Origin: an uncultured Bacillota bacterium
GTDB lineage: Bacteria; Sysuimicrobiota; Sysuimicrobiia; Sysuimicrobiales; Segetimicrobiaceae
Length of the DNA: 64,000 bases
Direction of reading: 5' to 3'
Assembly: GCA_963804645.1 (NCBI GenBank)
Contig: CAWDRG010000011.1
Span: 32,001 to 96,000 of the forward strand
How positions within the stretch are numbered: the first letter of the stretch is position 1; the number at the start of each line of letters is the position of its first letter. The position numbers were made by a program, and so were the translations under genes. Below, piece by piece: positions 28,894 to 39,296 of this stretch. The notes below the pieces were generated by a model. That model saw only the letters and a program-made list of their open reading frames with translations. It was not told the DNA's origin and made no database searches.

Positions 28894-29775
28894 ATGGAGC
28901 GGCTCGGGCTGGGGATCGGCTTTGGCTTGGTGACCGGAGGCGTGCTCGCCCTCTCGGCGATCGCATTTACCCTCCAGTACTCGGTCAGCCGGATCCCCAA
29001 CCTCGCCTTCGGCGAGCTGTTGACCTACGGAGCCTACACGGGCTACCTGGCGAGCCGGTGGACCCACAACCTCGCCGCCGCGGCGGCGGCGGCGGCGCTG
29101 ACCGGGAGCGTGATCGGCTGGGCGATCAACGCGGGCATGATCGAGCCGTTCCTGCGGGCGCGCGTACGGACGTCCGCGATCTTCATCGGGACGCTCGCGG
29201 TCTCGCTCGTGCTCCAAAACATCATCCTGCTGGCCTTCGGCGGGGCGAGCATCGCGTACCCGCTGCCGCCGGAGGATTCGCAGCGCGTCGGGCCGTTCAT
29301 CTGGACGCCCCGGGATGAGCAGAGTCTGGCCGCCGCCCTCGTCGTCATGCTCCTGCTCTACATCCTGCTGCGGCACACGAAGTTCGGCAAGGCCCTGCGC
29401 GCGATCGCGGACAACCGCGACCTCGCCCGGGTCTCCGGCATCCAGGCGCACCGCATCATTGAACTCACGTGGGGGCTTGGGGGCCTCGTCGCCGGATTCG
29501 CGGGCTTCGTCCTGGCCGTCACCCTCGGCACGCTGACGCCGACCTTCGGCTTTACGTTTCTCCTCGTGACGATGGCGGCCGCGGTCGCGGGAGGTCTCGG
29601 TCGGCCCCAGGGTGCCCTGGTGGCGGCGCTCCTGATCGGGATCGCGATGGAGGTCAGCGCGCTGTATGTCGACGCGTCCTATAAGCTCCTGATCGCCTTC
29701 GGACTCCTCGTTCTCGTCCTGTTGGTCCGCCCGGCGGGCCTCGTCGCCGGCGAGGGAGGGAGCGCCGCCGCGTGA
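28894..29775 (+). CDS. Branched-chain amino acid-type ABC permease (LivH family)
   Basis: PNLAFGE, TKFGKALRAIADNRDLARVSGI, GGLG. Confidence 0.9.
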   Translation: MERLGLGIGFGLVTGGVLALSAIAFTLQYSVSRIPNLAFGELLTYGAYTGYLASRWTHNLAAAAAAAALTGSVIGWAINAGMIEPFLRARVRTSAIFIGTLAVSLVLQNIILLAFGGASIAYPLPPEDSQRVGPFIWTPRDEQSLAAALVVMLLLYILLRHTKFGKALRAIADNRDLARVSGIQAHRIIELTWGLGGLVAGFAGFVLAVTLGTLTPTFGFTFLLVTMAAAVAGGLGRPQGALVAALLIGIAMEVSALYVDASYKLLIAFGLLVLVLLVRPAGLVAGEGGSAAA

Positions 29776-31505
29776 CGGCTTATCTCACCGCCCTCGCCAC
29801 CGAGGGGTGCATCTTCTCGATCATGGCGCTCGGGCTCAACGTCATCTGGGGCTGGGCGGGCGATCTTGACCTGGCGTTCTATGGATACGTCGCGGTCGGT
29901 GCCTACATGGCGATGGTGACCAGCATCGGCCGGCTCCCCGCCCCGGCGCAGTATGTGCTCGGATGGCACCTGCCGTTTCCCCTCGCCGCCCTGATCGCGA
30001 CCGCCAGTGCCGCCCTCCTCGCGCTCGGCGTGGGGGCCGTCGCGCTGCGGCGGCTGCGCGCCGTCTATTTCGCGATCGTGACGCTCAGCGCCGTCTTGAT
30101 GCTGCAGACCGTCATCAGTGACTACACACCGCTGTTCAACGGATTCGACGGGCTGTACGGCATGCCGCAGCCGTTCAACGACACGCTCCATCTCGCCCCC
30201 CAGGCGTACTCGGTCTTCTTCGTCGGCTTCGCGCTGCTGTGTCTGGCGGTCGTCTACGTGCTGCTCGACCGTCTCTCCCGGAGCCCGTTCGGCCGCGCGC
30301 TGCGCGCGGTGCGGGAGCGGGAGCGCGCCGCCGCCGCCTTCGGCCGGAGCGTGTACGCGCTCAAGCTTACCGCGTACGTGCTCGGAGCAGCCCTCGGCGG
30401 ATTCGGAGGCGCGCTGCTGGCCGCGTCCCAGGGGGCATTCAATCCGACCGCATGGCCGCCGACCGAGACGCTCGACCTGTACGTCGCCATCTTCGTCGGC
30501 GGCATGGGCAACATCCGCGGGGTCATCCTCGGGGTGTTCCTCGTGCTCGTCCTGTTTCAGGAGAGCACCCGCTTCGTCCCGGCGCTGTGGGGCAACCCCA
30601 ACGTCTCGGTGGCGGTGCGCGAGATTCTTCTGGGCGTCATGATCCTCGTCACCATGCGGTATCGGATCCAGGGGCTGTGGCCCGACGGCGCGAAGCGGGT
30701 CCGGCGGCCGGCGCGACCGGCGGCCGGCACCGGGCCGGTGCTGCTCGAGGTGCGCGGGCTCTCGAAGCGCTTCGGCGGCGCCGAGGTCGTGCGGGACTGC
30801 TCGTTCGAGGTGCGGGAGGGCACGGTCGTCGGCCTGATCGGGCCGAACGGCGCCGGCAAGAGCACCGCCGTCGAACTCATCACGGGCTTCGCGCGGCCCG
30901 ACGCGGGCGTGGTGCGATTTGCCGGCCGCGAGATCCAAGGCTGGGCCCCCGACCGCATCGCGCGTCTCGGCCTGATCCGGACCTTCCAGCTCCCCCACGA
31001 GTGGCCGGGGCTCACCGTCCTGGAGAACATGATCCTCGCCGCGCCGGCCAAGGGGCGGGACGCGATTTGGCGGCCGTTCTTCGCGGCCGGCGCGCTGCGC
31101 CGCGCCGAGGCCGCCGACCGGGAGCGTGCCGCGGATCTCCTGGACACGTTCGGGCTGCTGGAACATCAGGATGAGCTCGCGGGCACGCTGAGCGGCGGGG
31201 AGAAGCGTCTTTTGGAGTTCGCCCGCATCGCGATGGCCCAGCCCCGGCTGATGATCCTCGATGAGCCAATGGGCGGCGTGAACCCCGTCCTCGGCGCCCG
31301 CATCGCGGACGCGATCGCGCGCCTCGTGGCGCTGGGCGTCACGGTCGTCATCGTCGAGCACGACCTCGCCTTCGTCGAGCGGGTGTGCGACGTCGTGATC
31401 GTCATGGCGCTCGGCGCGGCGATCGCGACCGGGCCGCTGCCCGCACTGCGCGCCGACCGCGCGGTCATCGACGCGTACCTCGGCGAGGCCGCCGTCCATG
31501 CCTAA
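29772..31505 (+). CDS. Fused LivM-type permease and LivG-type ATPase
   Basis: SPFGRALRAVRERE permease part; GPNGAGKS, RTFQ, LSGGE, LDEP, VEHD, DAYLG. Confidence 0.92.
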   Translation: MTAYLTALATEGCIFSIMALGLNVIWGWAGDLDLAFYGYVAVGAYMAMVTSIGRLPAPAQYVLGWHLPFPLAALIATASAALLALGVGAVALRRLRAVYFAIVTLSAVLMLQTVISDYTPLFNGFDGLYGMPQPFNDTLHLAPQAYSVFFVGFALLCLAVVYVLLDRLSRSPFGRALRAVRERERAAAAFGRSVYALKLTAYVLGAALGGFGGALLAASQGAFNPTAWPPTETLDLYVAIFVGGMGNIRGVILGVFLVLVLFQESTRFVPALWGNPNVSVAVREILLGVMILVTMRYRIQGLWPDGAKRVRRPARPAAGTGPVLLEVRGLSKRFGGAEVVRDCSFEVREGTVVGLIGPNGAGKSTAVELITGFARPDAGVVRFAGREIQGWAPDRIARLGLIRTFQLPHEWPGLTVLENMILAAPAKGRDAIWRPFFAAGALRRAEAADRERAADLLDTFGLLEHQDELAGTLSGGEKRLLEFARIAMAQPRLMILDEPMGGVNPVLGARIADAIARLVALGVTVVIVEHDLAFVERVCDVVIVMALGAAIATGPLPALRADRAVIDAYLGEAAVHA

Positions 31506-32217
31506 CGCGCCCGCCCTCGCGGTCCACGGGCTGACCGCGGGCTACTTCGGCCCGCCGATCATCCAGGATGTCGAGGTCCACGCCGAGCGGGCCAGGATTA
31601 CGGCGGTCGTCGGCCCAAACGGAGCGGGCAAGTCCACGCTGCTGCGCGCCGTGGCGGGCATCATCCGACCCGACCGCGGCCGGGTGTTCCTCGACGGCGC
31701 CGACGTAACCGGCGCCGCGCCGGAAGCGCTGGTACGGATCGGCATCGTCTACGTGCCTCAGGTCGCCAATATCTTCCCCGGACTGACCGTCCTCGAAAAT
31801 CTCGAGATGGGCGGCTACGTGCGCGCCCGCGGGGTCCGCCGCCGGATCGGCGAGGTCTGCGGGCTCTTCCCCGCGCTCGGAGCGGCGCTGCGGCGGCCGG
31901 CCGGCACGCTGAGCGGCGGAGAGCGCAGCATGCTGGCGATCGCGCGGGGGCTCATGGTCGAGCCGTCGGTATTGCTGCTCGACGAGCCGAGCACCGGCCT
32001 CGCGCCGATGCTCCAGGCGGCGCTGTGGACGCACATCGAGGCGGTGCGGGACACGGGCGTCGCGGTCGTCGTCGTCGGGCAGAACACGCGCGGCACGCTC
32101 GCGCACGCGGACTGGGCCTATGTCATGGCGCTCGGACGAAATCGGCTGCAGGGGACGGGCGCAGACCTGCTCCGCAACGACGCCGTGGTCGACCTCTACG
32201 TCGGGCACCTCTCATGA
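31498..32217 (+). CDS. ABC ATPase (LivF family)
   Basis: GPNGAGKSTL, LTVLENLEMG, LSGGE, LLLDEPS. Confidence 0.92.
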   Translation: MPNAPALAVHGLTAGYFGPPIIQDVEVHAERARITAVVGPNGAGKSTLLRAVAGIIRPDRGRVFLDGADVTGAAPEALVRIGIVYVPQVANIFPGLTVLENLEMGGYVRARGVRRRIGEVCGLFPALGAALRRPAGTLSGGERSMLAIARGLMVEPSVLLLDEPSTGLAPMLQAALWTHIEAVRDTGVAVVVVGQNTRGTLAHADWAYVMALGRNRLQGTGADLLRNDAVVDLYVGHLS

Positions 32218-32278
32218 CGCGGGACGCGCGGAGCGGCGCGCCCGCCGGGCCGCGCGCGACGACGGAGACGGAGCACAG

Positions 32279-33508
32279 ATGATGAGACGCACACGCACCG
32301 TCCTCGGCGCCGGCGTCATCGCCGCGGTCTTGGCCCTGACCCCGGGCGCGTCGGCGTTGACCGGACCGCCGATCCCCTTTGGGATGCTCGGACCGTTTAC
32401 GGGGTTTGAGGCGGACCTCGGCGCCGCGATCGTGCAGGGCTCCAACGCGGCGCAGCTGGCCGTGAACGAGGGGGGCGGCGTCCTCGGCCGCGAACTGGCT
32501 CTCGTTCCGTCGGACACCGAGGGCGACGTGCAGGACGCGGAGGGCGCGATCAACTTCCTGATCGGCCCCAGTCACGTCGTCGTGATCATCGGCCCCGAGA
32601 CGATGGAGTACTACACGGTGCGGCCGATCTTCACCCGCGCCCAGATCCCGGATCTGATGCAGGGCGGCGATGTGGCGCTGGATCATGAAACCGACCCGTA
32701 CTTCTGGCGGGACAGCCCGTCGGACTCCGCGCTCACCGTCGCCATGGCGCTGTACGCGCACCGCCAGGGGTATACGCGGGCCGGGCTCCTCATGGTGTCG
32801 GAACGGTCGGCACAGACGATGAAAGTGCCGCTCGCCAGCACGTTTGCCAAGCTCGGCGGCCAGATCGTCGCGGACGTGACCGTCCAGCCGGGACAGACCT
32901 CGTACCGCTCCGAAGTGCTGCGGCTGATCGACGCCAAGCCGCAGGTGATCTTCACCGAGACCGACGCGGTGACCGCGGCGGTCGTGTTCGCGAACTTCAG
33001 GCAGCTCGACAACCTCGCGATCCCGTTCATCGGCACGGACCTCACCGCGGGAGACGACTTCTTGAAGGCGATCACCTACCCGGTGGCGCACGACCACCTG
33101 ACATCCGTCTACGGCATCTCGACGTCGGGCCGGGGGACGTTCGAGCAGTACTACGGGCGGCTGTATCCCAGCCGGGAGCCGCTCGCGAACGCCAACTACG
33201 CGTACGACGCGGTCGTGAGCGCGGCGCTCGCGGTCGACCAGGCGGGCTCCACGGACGGGCCGAAGATCAACGCCGCGATGACGATGGTCACGAACCCGCC
33301 GGGCACCGAGTGCAGCGAATACGCCACGTGCCTTCGGCTGCTGCGGGCCGGCACCAAGATCAAGTACGCGGGCGCCAGCGGCAGCCTGGTCTACAATCAA
33401 TACCACAACGTGTTCGGACGGTTCGGGGCCCTGCGCGTGGACGCGCAGGGCCGGCTCCAGTGGGTCACCGTGATGAGCGAGGAAGATCTGGCGGCCGCGG
33501 CGCCGTAG
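32279..33508 (+). CDS. ABC substrate-binding protein (Leu/Ile/Val-binding family)
   Basis: Signal peptide, LGPFTG, VNEGGGVLGREL, YAYDAV, IKYAGASG. Confidence 0.88.
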   Translation: MMRRTRTVLGAGVIAAVLALTPGASALTGPPIPFGMLGPFTGFEADLGAAIVQGSNAAQLAVNEGGGVLGRELALVPSDTEGDVQDAEGAINFLIGPSHVVVIIGPETMEYYTVRPIFTRAQIPDLMQGGDVALDHETDPYFWRDSPSDSALTVAMALYAHRQGYTRAGLLMVSERSAQTMKVPLASTFAKLGGQIVADVTVQPGQTSYRSEVLRLIDAKPQVIFTETDAVTAAVVFANFRQLDNLAIPFIGTDLTAGDDFLKAITYPVAHDHLTSVYGISTSGRGTFEQYYGRLYPSREPLANANYAYDAVVSAALAVDQAGSTDGPKINAAMTMVTNPPGTECSEYATCLRLLRAGTKIKYAGASGSLVYNQYHNVFGRFGALRVDAQGRLQWVTVMSEEDLAAAAP

Positions 33509-33637
33509 CGGCCGGACCGTCCGCGCGCGCAGACGGGAGCGTCTGCGCTCAGCGGCGAACCTGGGAAGATCGGCGGCACGCCGCCGCGTCCGGCCCGCGG
33601 CGCCCTGCCGCGGGTAGATCGGTCCCGGGGGAGTGGG

Positions 33638-35761
33638 GTGGCACACGCAGGCCGTGGCTCCGCGCGCGTCGCCGTGGACATCGGCGGCACGTTTACCGAC
33701 ATCGTGTGCGTGGCGCCGGACGGACGCGTGCACACGCGGAAGGTACCCTCGACCACCCGCAACTACGCCGACGCGATGCTTGGCGGCCTCGGCGATCTGC
33801 TGCGGGACGCGGGGTGCCCGGGCGACGAGATCGGCGACGTCGTGCACGGCACGACCGTCGCGTCGAACGCGATCCTCGAGCTCAAGGGCGCCCGCACCGG
33901 GTTGATCACCACGGCGGGGTTTCGCGACACCCTGGAAATCCGCCGGCTGCGGATGCCGCGGCTGTACGACCTCGGGTGGCAGAAGCCTCCGCCGCTCGTC
34001 GAGCGCCGCCTCCGCGTCGAGGTCCGCGAGCGCATCACCGGCCGGGGCGACGTCGCCGCGCCGCTCGACCGGGACGACGCGGCGCGCGCGGTGCGGCGGC
34101 TCGTGGCGGACGGGGTGGAGGCGCTCGCCGTCTGCCTGATCAACAGCTACGCGAATCCCGCCCACGAGCGCGCGGTCCGGGCCGTGGTCGAGCGCGTGGC
34201 CCCCCACCTCACGCTGTGCCTCAGCAGCGACGTGCTGCCCGAAGTCAAGGAATACGAACGCACCTCGACGACGGTCATCAACGCCTACCTCCTGCCGGTC
34301 GTCACGCGCTACCTGGAGTCGCTGATCGAGGGGCTGACCGCGATCGGCGTCCGGTCGCCGCTGCGCATCATGCAGTCGAACGGCGGTACGATGGACGCGC
34401 GCCGCGCCGCGCGCCTGCCGATCCACATCGTCGAGTCCGGACCGGCCGCGGGCGTCATCGGCGCCCAGGCCCTCGCGCGGCGGATGGCGCTGCCGGACGT
34501 GATCACCCTGGACATGGGAGGCACGACGGCCAAAGCGGCCATCGTGGAGCGCGGCGAGCTGCAGCGCGCGGCCGAGTACGAGGTGGGCGGCGGCATCATG
34601 CAGGGATCGCGGCTGCCCCGCGGGGGCGGCTACCTGCTCCGCGTGCCGTCGCTGGACCTCGCGGAGGTCGGCGCGGGCGGCGGGTCGCTGATCCGCGTCG
34701 ACAGCGGCGGGTCGATGCGGGTGGGGCCCGAGAGCGCGGGGGCCGTCCCCGGCCCGGTCTGCTACGACCTCGGCGGGATCGAACCGACGGTCACCGACGC
34801 GAACGTCCTCCTCGGCTACCTCAACCCGGACGCCCTCGTCGACGGCGCCGTGCCGCTGAACGCCGCGCGGGCCCGCGAGGCGCTCGAGCGGTGCGTCGCC
34901 CGTCCACTCTCGCTCGACGCGACCGCCGCGGCGTACGGCGCCTACCAGCTCGCCTCCGCGAGCATGATCCGCGCGATCAAGGCGGTATCGAGCGAGCGGG
35001 GGCGCGATCCGCGGGGCTTCGCGCTGTGCGCGTTCGGCGGGAACGGCCCCGTCTTCGCCGTCGCGATCGCGCGGGCGCTCGGCATCGCGCGCGTGGTCGT
35101 GCCCCCCCACCCCGGTCTCTTCTCGGCGTTCGGCCTGCTGTACGCGGACGTCGAATGTCACCTGGCCCGCACCTACCGGCGCCCGGTCGACCGGGTCGAT
35201 CCCCTCGAGCTGCGCGAGGCCTGGCGGTCCCTGGAAGAGACCGCGGTCCGCGAGCTCGCGGCGGACGGGTGGGCCCCGCGCGACATCGGCACGGCGCGCT
35301 CGGCGGATCTCCGGTACCGCGGCCAGTCCTTCGAGCTCACGGTGCCGGTGCCTTCGGGCGAGACCGGCGGGGCCGCGATCGGCTCCGTGGTCGACGCGTT
35401 CCACGCCCAGCATGAGCGGACCTACGGCCACCGCGGCGATGCCGGGGACCCGGTGGAGATCGTGATGCTGCGGGTGCACGCGCGCGTGCGGACGGACCGG
35501 CCGGGCGTCCCCGGCGGCGCACCCTCCGCAACCGCGGAGGACGGTCCGGCGCGGACCCGCCGCGCGTACTTCGGCCGCGACTCCGGCTGGTGCCTCACCC
35601 CGGTCGTGCGCCGCGGCGCGCTCACCGAACGCCGTCCGGGACCGCTGGTCGTCGAAGAGTACGACGCCACGTGCGTCGTGCCGCCGGGGGCGTCGGCGGC
35701 CCTCGATCAGTTCGGCAACATCGCGGTCGACGCGGGCGAGGGCGGCGCGCGTGTCGGCTGA
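33638..35761 (+). CDS. Hydantoinase/oxoprolinase subunit A
   Basis: VDIGGTFTD, HGTTVASNA, EYERTSTT, ESGPAAG, DMGGTT, GPESAGA, GPLVVEEYDAT. Confidence 0.93.
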   Translation: MAHAGRGSARVAVDIGGTFTDIVCVAPDGRVHTRKVPSTTRNYADAMLGGLGDLLRDAGCPGDEIGDVVHGTTVASNAILELKGARTGLITTAGFRDTLEIRRLRMPRLYDLGWQKPPPLVERRLRVEVRERITGRGDVAAPLDRDDAARAVRRLVADGVEALAVCLINSYANPAHERAVRAVVERVAPHLTLCLSSDVLPEVKEYERTSTTVINAYLLPVVTRYLESLIEGLTAIGVRSPLRIMQSNGGTMDARRAARLPIHIVESGPAAGVIGAQALARRMALPDVITLDMGGTTAKAAIVERGELQRAAEYEVGGGIMQGSRLPRGGGYLLRVPSLDLAEVGAGGGSLIRVDSGGSMRVGPESAGAVPGPVCYDLGGIEPTVTDANVLLGYLNPDALVDGAVPLNAARAREALERCVARPLSLDATAAAYGAYQLASASMIRAIKAVSSERGRDPRGFALCAFGGNGPVFAVAIARALGIARVVVPPHPGLFSAFGLLYADVECHLARTYRRPVDRVDPLELREAWRSLEETAVRELAADGWAPRDIGTARSADLRYRGQSFELTVPVPSGETGGAAIGSVVDAFHAQHERTYGHRGDAGDPVEIVMLRVHARVRTDRPGVPGGAPSATAEDGPARTRRAYFGRDSGWCLTPVVRRGALTERRPGPLVVEEYDATCVVPPGASAALDQFGNIAVDAGEGGARVG

Positions 35762-37514
35762 CCTCCGCGATCCGATCGGGCTCGAGCTCTTCCGGCACGC
35801 GCTCTCCGCGATCGCCGACGAGATGGCGCTCACGATCTACCGGACCGCCTACTCCGGCGTCCTCAAGGACGTGATGGACTACTCCACCGCCCTGTGCGAC
35901 GACGCGGGGCACGTCGTGGCGCAGGGCCTGGCGCTGCCGAGCCATCTCGGCTCGATCCCCGAGGCGGCGGCGTCCGTGCTGCGGCACTTTGGCGCCGAGA
36001 TGCGCCCCGGCGACGTCTACTGCCTCAACGACCCGTTCGACGGCGGCATGCATCTGCCCGACGTGTTCGTCCTGCAGCCGATCTTCGCCGGCGGGGAGCG
36101 CCTGGCAATCGCCGCAACGGTGTGCCACCACACCGACGTCGGGGGACGGGTCCCGGGCTCCAACGCCTCGGATTCCACGGAGGTGTACGCGGAGGGGCTC
36201 CGCATCCCGCCGATCAAGATGTACGACGCCGGCGCGCCGAACGAGACGCTGTTCGCGCTGATCGAGCGGAACGTGCGGCTGCCGGGGCACGTCCGCGGCG
36301 ACCTGCGCGCGCAGCTGGCCGCCTGCCGCATCGCGGACGATGCGGTCGCGGAGCTCGTCGCGCGCGACACCCGTGAGGGAGTCCGGCGCCGGCTGCGCGA
36401 GCTCATCGACCACGCGGCGCGGATGACGCGGGCGGCGATCGGCGCCCTCCCCGACGGGACGTACGCGTTCGAGGATTGGATCGACGACGACGGCATCGAT
36501 CTCGGACGGCCGATCCCGCTCCGCGTGGCGGTGCGCAAGCAGGGCGACCGGCTCGTCGTCGATTGGACCGGGACCGCGCCCCAGGTCCGGGGCGCGATCA
36601 ACAACACCCTCTCGTTCACGAAGGCGGCCACCTACACGTGCCTGAAGGCCGCGCTGCCGGCCGACATCCCCGCGAACGAGGGATTCTTCCGGAGCATCGA
36701 GGTGATCGCCCCGCCCGGGACGATCGCGAACGCGGTCCTGCCCGCCGCGACCGCGGCCCGGGGGCTGACGGGGTTTCGGATGGTCGACTGCCTGTTCGGC
36801 GCGCTCGCCAGGATGCTGCCGGACACGATCCCGGCGGCGTCCGAGGGCGGGAACACCGGCATCACAATCGGCGGCTACCTGCCGGACCGGACGCCGTTCG
36901 TCTACGTCGACTTTCTGTGCTCCGCGTGGGGCGGCCGGCCGTGGGCCGACGGCCTGGACGGCAACGCGCACCTGTTCGCGAACATGGCGCTGCAGTCCGC
37001 GGAAGCCTGCGAGCTGGAGCAGCCGTTCGAAATCCTTGCCTGCGAGTTCATTCAGGACGTGATGGGCCCCGGCCGGTACCGCGGGGGCGCGAGCATCCGG
37101 CGCGACTATCGCCTCCTCGCGGAGGAGGCGGTGCTGCAGGTCCGCGCCGACCGGCAGGTGTTCCGGCCCTACGGCCTGTACGGCGGGCAGCCGGGCCGGC
37201 CGTCGAGAAACATCCTGAACCCCGACACGGAACCCCGAGATCTTCCGGCCAAGTTTACGATGACGCTCAAGCGCGGCGATGTGTTCAGGCACGAGCAGCC
37301 GGGTCCCGGGGGATGGGGCGACCCGCTCGAGCGCGATCCGGCCTGCGTCCTGCGCGACGTCGAGAATGAGTTCGTCAGCGCGGGGGCCGCGAGGGAGGCC
37401 TACGGGGTCGTCCTCGACGACGCCGGGGCGGTGGACCGCGCCGAGACCGCCCGACTGCGCGCCGAACTGCGCAAGGCCCGGAACTGGCCCGCGGTCCCAT
37501 TTGTGACACGCTGA
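35751..37514 (+). CDS. Hydantoinase B/oxoprolinase subunit
   Basis: RTAYS, NDPFDGGMHLPD, HHTDVGG, EGLRIPP, GPGRYRGG, GGWGDPLERDP. Confidence 0.93.
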   Translation: MSADLRDPIGLELFRHALSAIADEMALTIYRTAYSGVLKDVMDYSTALCDDAGHVVAQGLALPSHLGSIPEAAASVLRHFGAEMRPGDVYCLNDPFDGGMHLPDVFVLQPIFAGGERLAIAATVCHHTDVGGRVPGSNASDSTEVYAEGLRIPPIKMYDAGAPNETLFALIERNVRLPGHVRGDLRAQLAACRIADDAVAELVARDTREGVRRRLRELIDHAARMTRAAIGALPDGTYAFEDWIDDDGIDLGRPIPLRVAVRKQGDRLVVDWTGTAPQVRGAINNTLSFTKAATYTCLKAALPADIPANEGFFRSIEVIAPPGTIANAVLPAATAARGLTGFRMVDCLFGALARMLPDTIPAASEGGNTGITIGGYLPDRTPFVYVDFLCSAWGGRPWADGLDGNAHLFANMALQSAEACELEQPFEILACEFIQDVMGPGRYRGGASIRRDYRLLAEEAVLQVRADRQVFRPYGLYGGQPGRPSRNILNPDTEPRDLPAKFTMTLKRGDVFRHEQPGPGGWGDPLERDPACVLRDVENEFVSAGAAREAYGVVLDDAGAVDRAETARLRAELRKARNWPAVPFVTR

Positions 37515-37540
37515 GGCACACGACCCGCCGGGAGGCACAG

Positions 37541-39262
37541 ATGGTTGACGTGCGCGTCCACCTCGATCTCAAGGTCCCGATGCGGGACGGCATCCTGCTC
37601 TCCGCGGATCTCTACCGGCCGCCGACCGGCGAGCGGTTCCCGGCCCTGCTCTGCCGCACGATCTACGACAACCAGCGCCCGAGGGACGTCGAGTGGGCGT
37701 TCGCGTTCGCGCAGCACGGATACGCGGTCCTCATCCAGGACTGCCGGGGCCGCTACGACTCGGACGGCGTCTGGGACCCGTACGTGTGCGAAGCGGCCGA
37801 TGGCTACGACACTCAGCAGTGGACGGGCGCGCAGCCCTGGTGCGACGGGCGGATCGGGACCTTCGGCGTCTCGTACGTGGGGTTTACGCAGATTCTCCCC
37901 GCGCCGCTGCGCAGCCCGTACGTCAAGGCACTGGTCCCAATCGCCAACCAGGAGGACAACTTCGGCCACATCTACTGCGACGGGGTGCTGCAGCTTCAGA
38001 ACGCGATGAACTTCGCGTGGATCGGGAGCCGCGCGGTGCAGACCTACTACGCGGCCGCCTTCGGCGTGGCGATGTCGGCGGCGGGCGCCGCGCCGGGCGC
38101 GGGCCCCCGGCTGGTCGATCCGGAGGCGCTGTACCGGCGGCTACCGCTCATCTCCGCACTCGACGACATCGCCGACCGGCCGGCGTACCGGCGGTTCCTC
38201 AGCCACCCGACGTTCGACGACTACTGGAAGTCCTACAGCATGAAAGGCCGGTACAAGGACGTGGACACCCCCGCCCTGTTTCTCACCGGCTGGTATGATA
38301 ACCTCGTCCACGAACAGTTCAAGTGCTTCGCCGGATGGACCCGCGACGCGCGCTCGCCGGCGACCCGCGCGCGCACGAAACTCATCGTCGGACCCTGGCA
38401 GCACTCGGCGCTCGGCAGCGCCGACCGGTTCGGGGACATCGAGTTCGGCCCGGCCGCCGCGCTCGACCTCGTGGACCTCCACCTACGGTGGTACGACTGC
38501 CGGCTGCGGGACGCTCCGAACGGCATCGACGACGACCCGGCCGTCCGCATCTTCGTCATGGGCGCGAACGTCTGGCGGAACGAGCGCGAGTGGCCGCTCA
38601 TGCGCGCGGTCTCAACACCGTACTTCCTGCACAGTGGAGGACGGGCAAACTCGCTCGCCGGCGACGGCCGGCTCGATCGGACACCCCCGGAGGCCGAGAC
38701 GCCCGACGCCTTCACCTACGATCCCGACCATCCGGTCCCGACGCTCGGCGGCCAGAGCATGATGCGCGGCAACACTGGCCCGAGGGATCGGCGCGCACTG
38801 GAGGAGCGTGACGACGTGCTCGTGTACTCGACCGAGCCGCTGCCGGGCGACGTGGAAGTGACGGGCCCCGTCGGCCTCGTCCTTTACGCGGCCTCGACCG
38901 CGGTGGACACGGACTTCACGGCGACGCTGGTCGACGTCCATCCTGACGGCCGGGCGATCAACATCTGCGAGGGCATCGTCCGCGCGCGGTTCCGGGAGTC
39001 GACCGAGCGGGAGACGCTCATCGAGCCGGGCCGGACCTACGCCTACCGACTGTCACTGTGGGAGACCAGCAACGTCTTCCTGCGCGGGCACCGCATCCGC
39101 GTCGAGATCTCGAGCAGCAACTTCCCGCGCTTCAACCGGAATCTGAACACCGGCGAGGCGCTGGCGAGCGGATCGCGGTGGCAGACCGCCCGGCAGACCG
39201 TCCTGCACACCGCGGAGGCGCCGTCCCACCTCCTGCTACCGGTGATCTCCTCCCCGGGCTAG
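37541..39262 (+). CDS. CocE/NonD family serine hydrolase
   Basis: VPMRDGILLSADLY, QDCRGRYDSDG, GVSY, GWYD, GPWQH, SSSNFPRF. Confidence 0.93.
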   Translation: MVDVRVHLDLKVPMRDGILLSADLYRPPTGERFPALLCRTIYDNQRPRDVEWAFAFAQHGYAVLIQDCRGRYDSDGVWDPYVCEAADGYDTQQWTGAQPWCDGRIGTFGVSYVGFTQILPAPLRSPYVKALVPIANQEDNFGHIYCDGVLQLQNAMNFAWIGSRAVQTYYAAAFGVAMSAAGAAPGAGPRLVDPEALYRRLPLISALDDIADRPAYRRFLSHPTFDDYWKSYSMKGRYKDVDTPALFLTGWYDNLVHEQFKCFAGWTRDARSPATRARTKLIVGPWQHSALGSADRFGDIEFGPAAALDLVDLHLRWYDCRLRDAPNGIDDDPAVRIFVMGANVWRNEREWPLMRAVSTPYFLHSGGRANSLAGDGRLDRTPPEAETPDAFTYDPDHPVPTLGGQSMMRGNTGPRDRRALEERDDVLVYSTEPLPGDVEVTGPVGLVLYAASTAVDTDFTATLVDVHPDGRAINICEGIVRARFRESTERETLIEPGRTYAYRLSLWETSNVFLRGHRIRVEISSSNFPRFNRNLNTGEALASGSRWQTARQTVLHTAEAPSHLLLPVISSPG

Positions 39263-39296
39263 CGGCCGGGCAGTCCTCGCAGCGGACGCAGCGCGG

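Noticed and set aside
33533..33560. Sigma-H-like ACGGGA-N18-GAAC before hydantoinase A copy 2
   Set aside because: Poor -35 match, and it coincides with a 9-bp hairpin (33527-33548) after the binding-protein stop; ambiguous.
32123..35833. Very long antisense or alternate-frame ORFs (e.g. 1236 aa here; also 52237-55038, 2809-4818)
   Set aside because: Shadow ORFs from high GC and codon bias of the real genes; Arg/Gly/Pro-rich with no family motifs.
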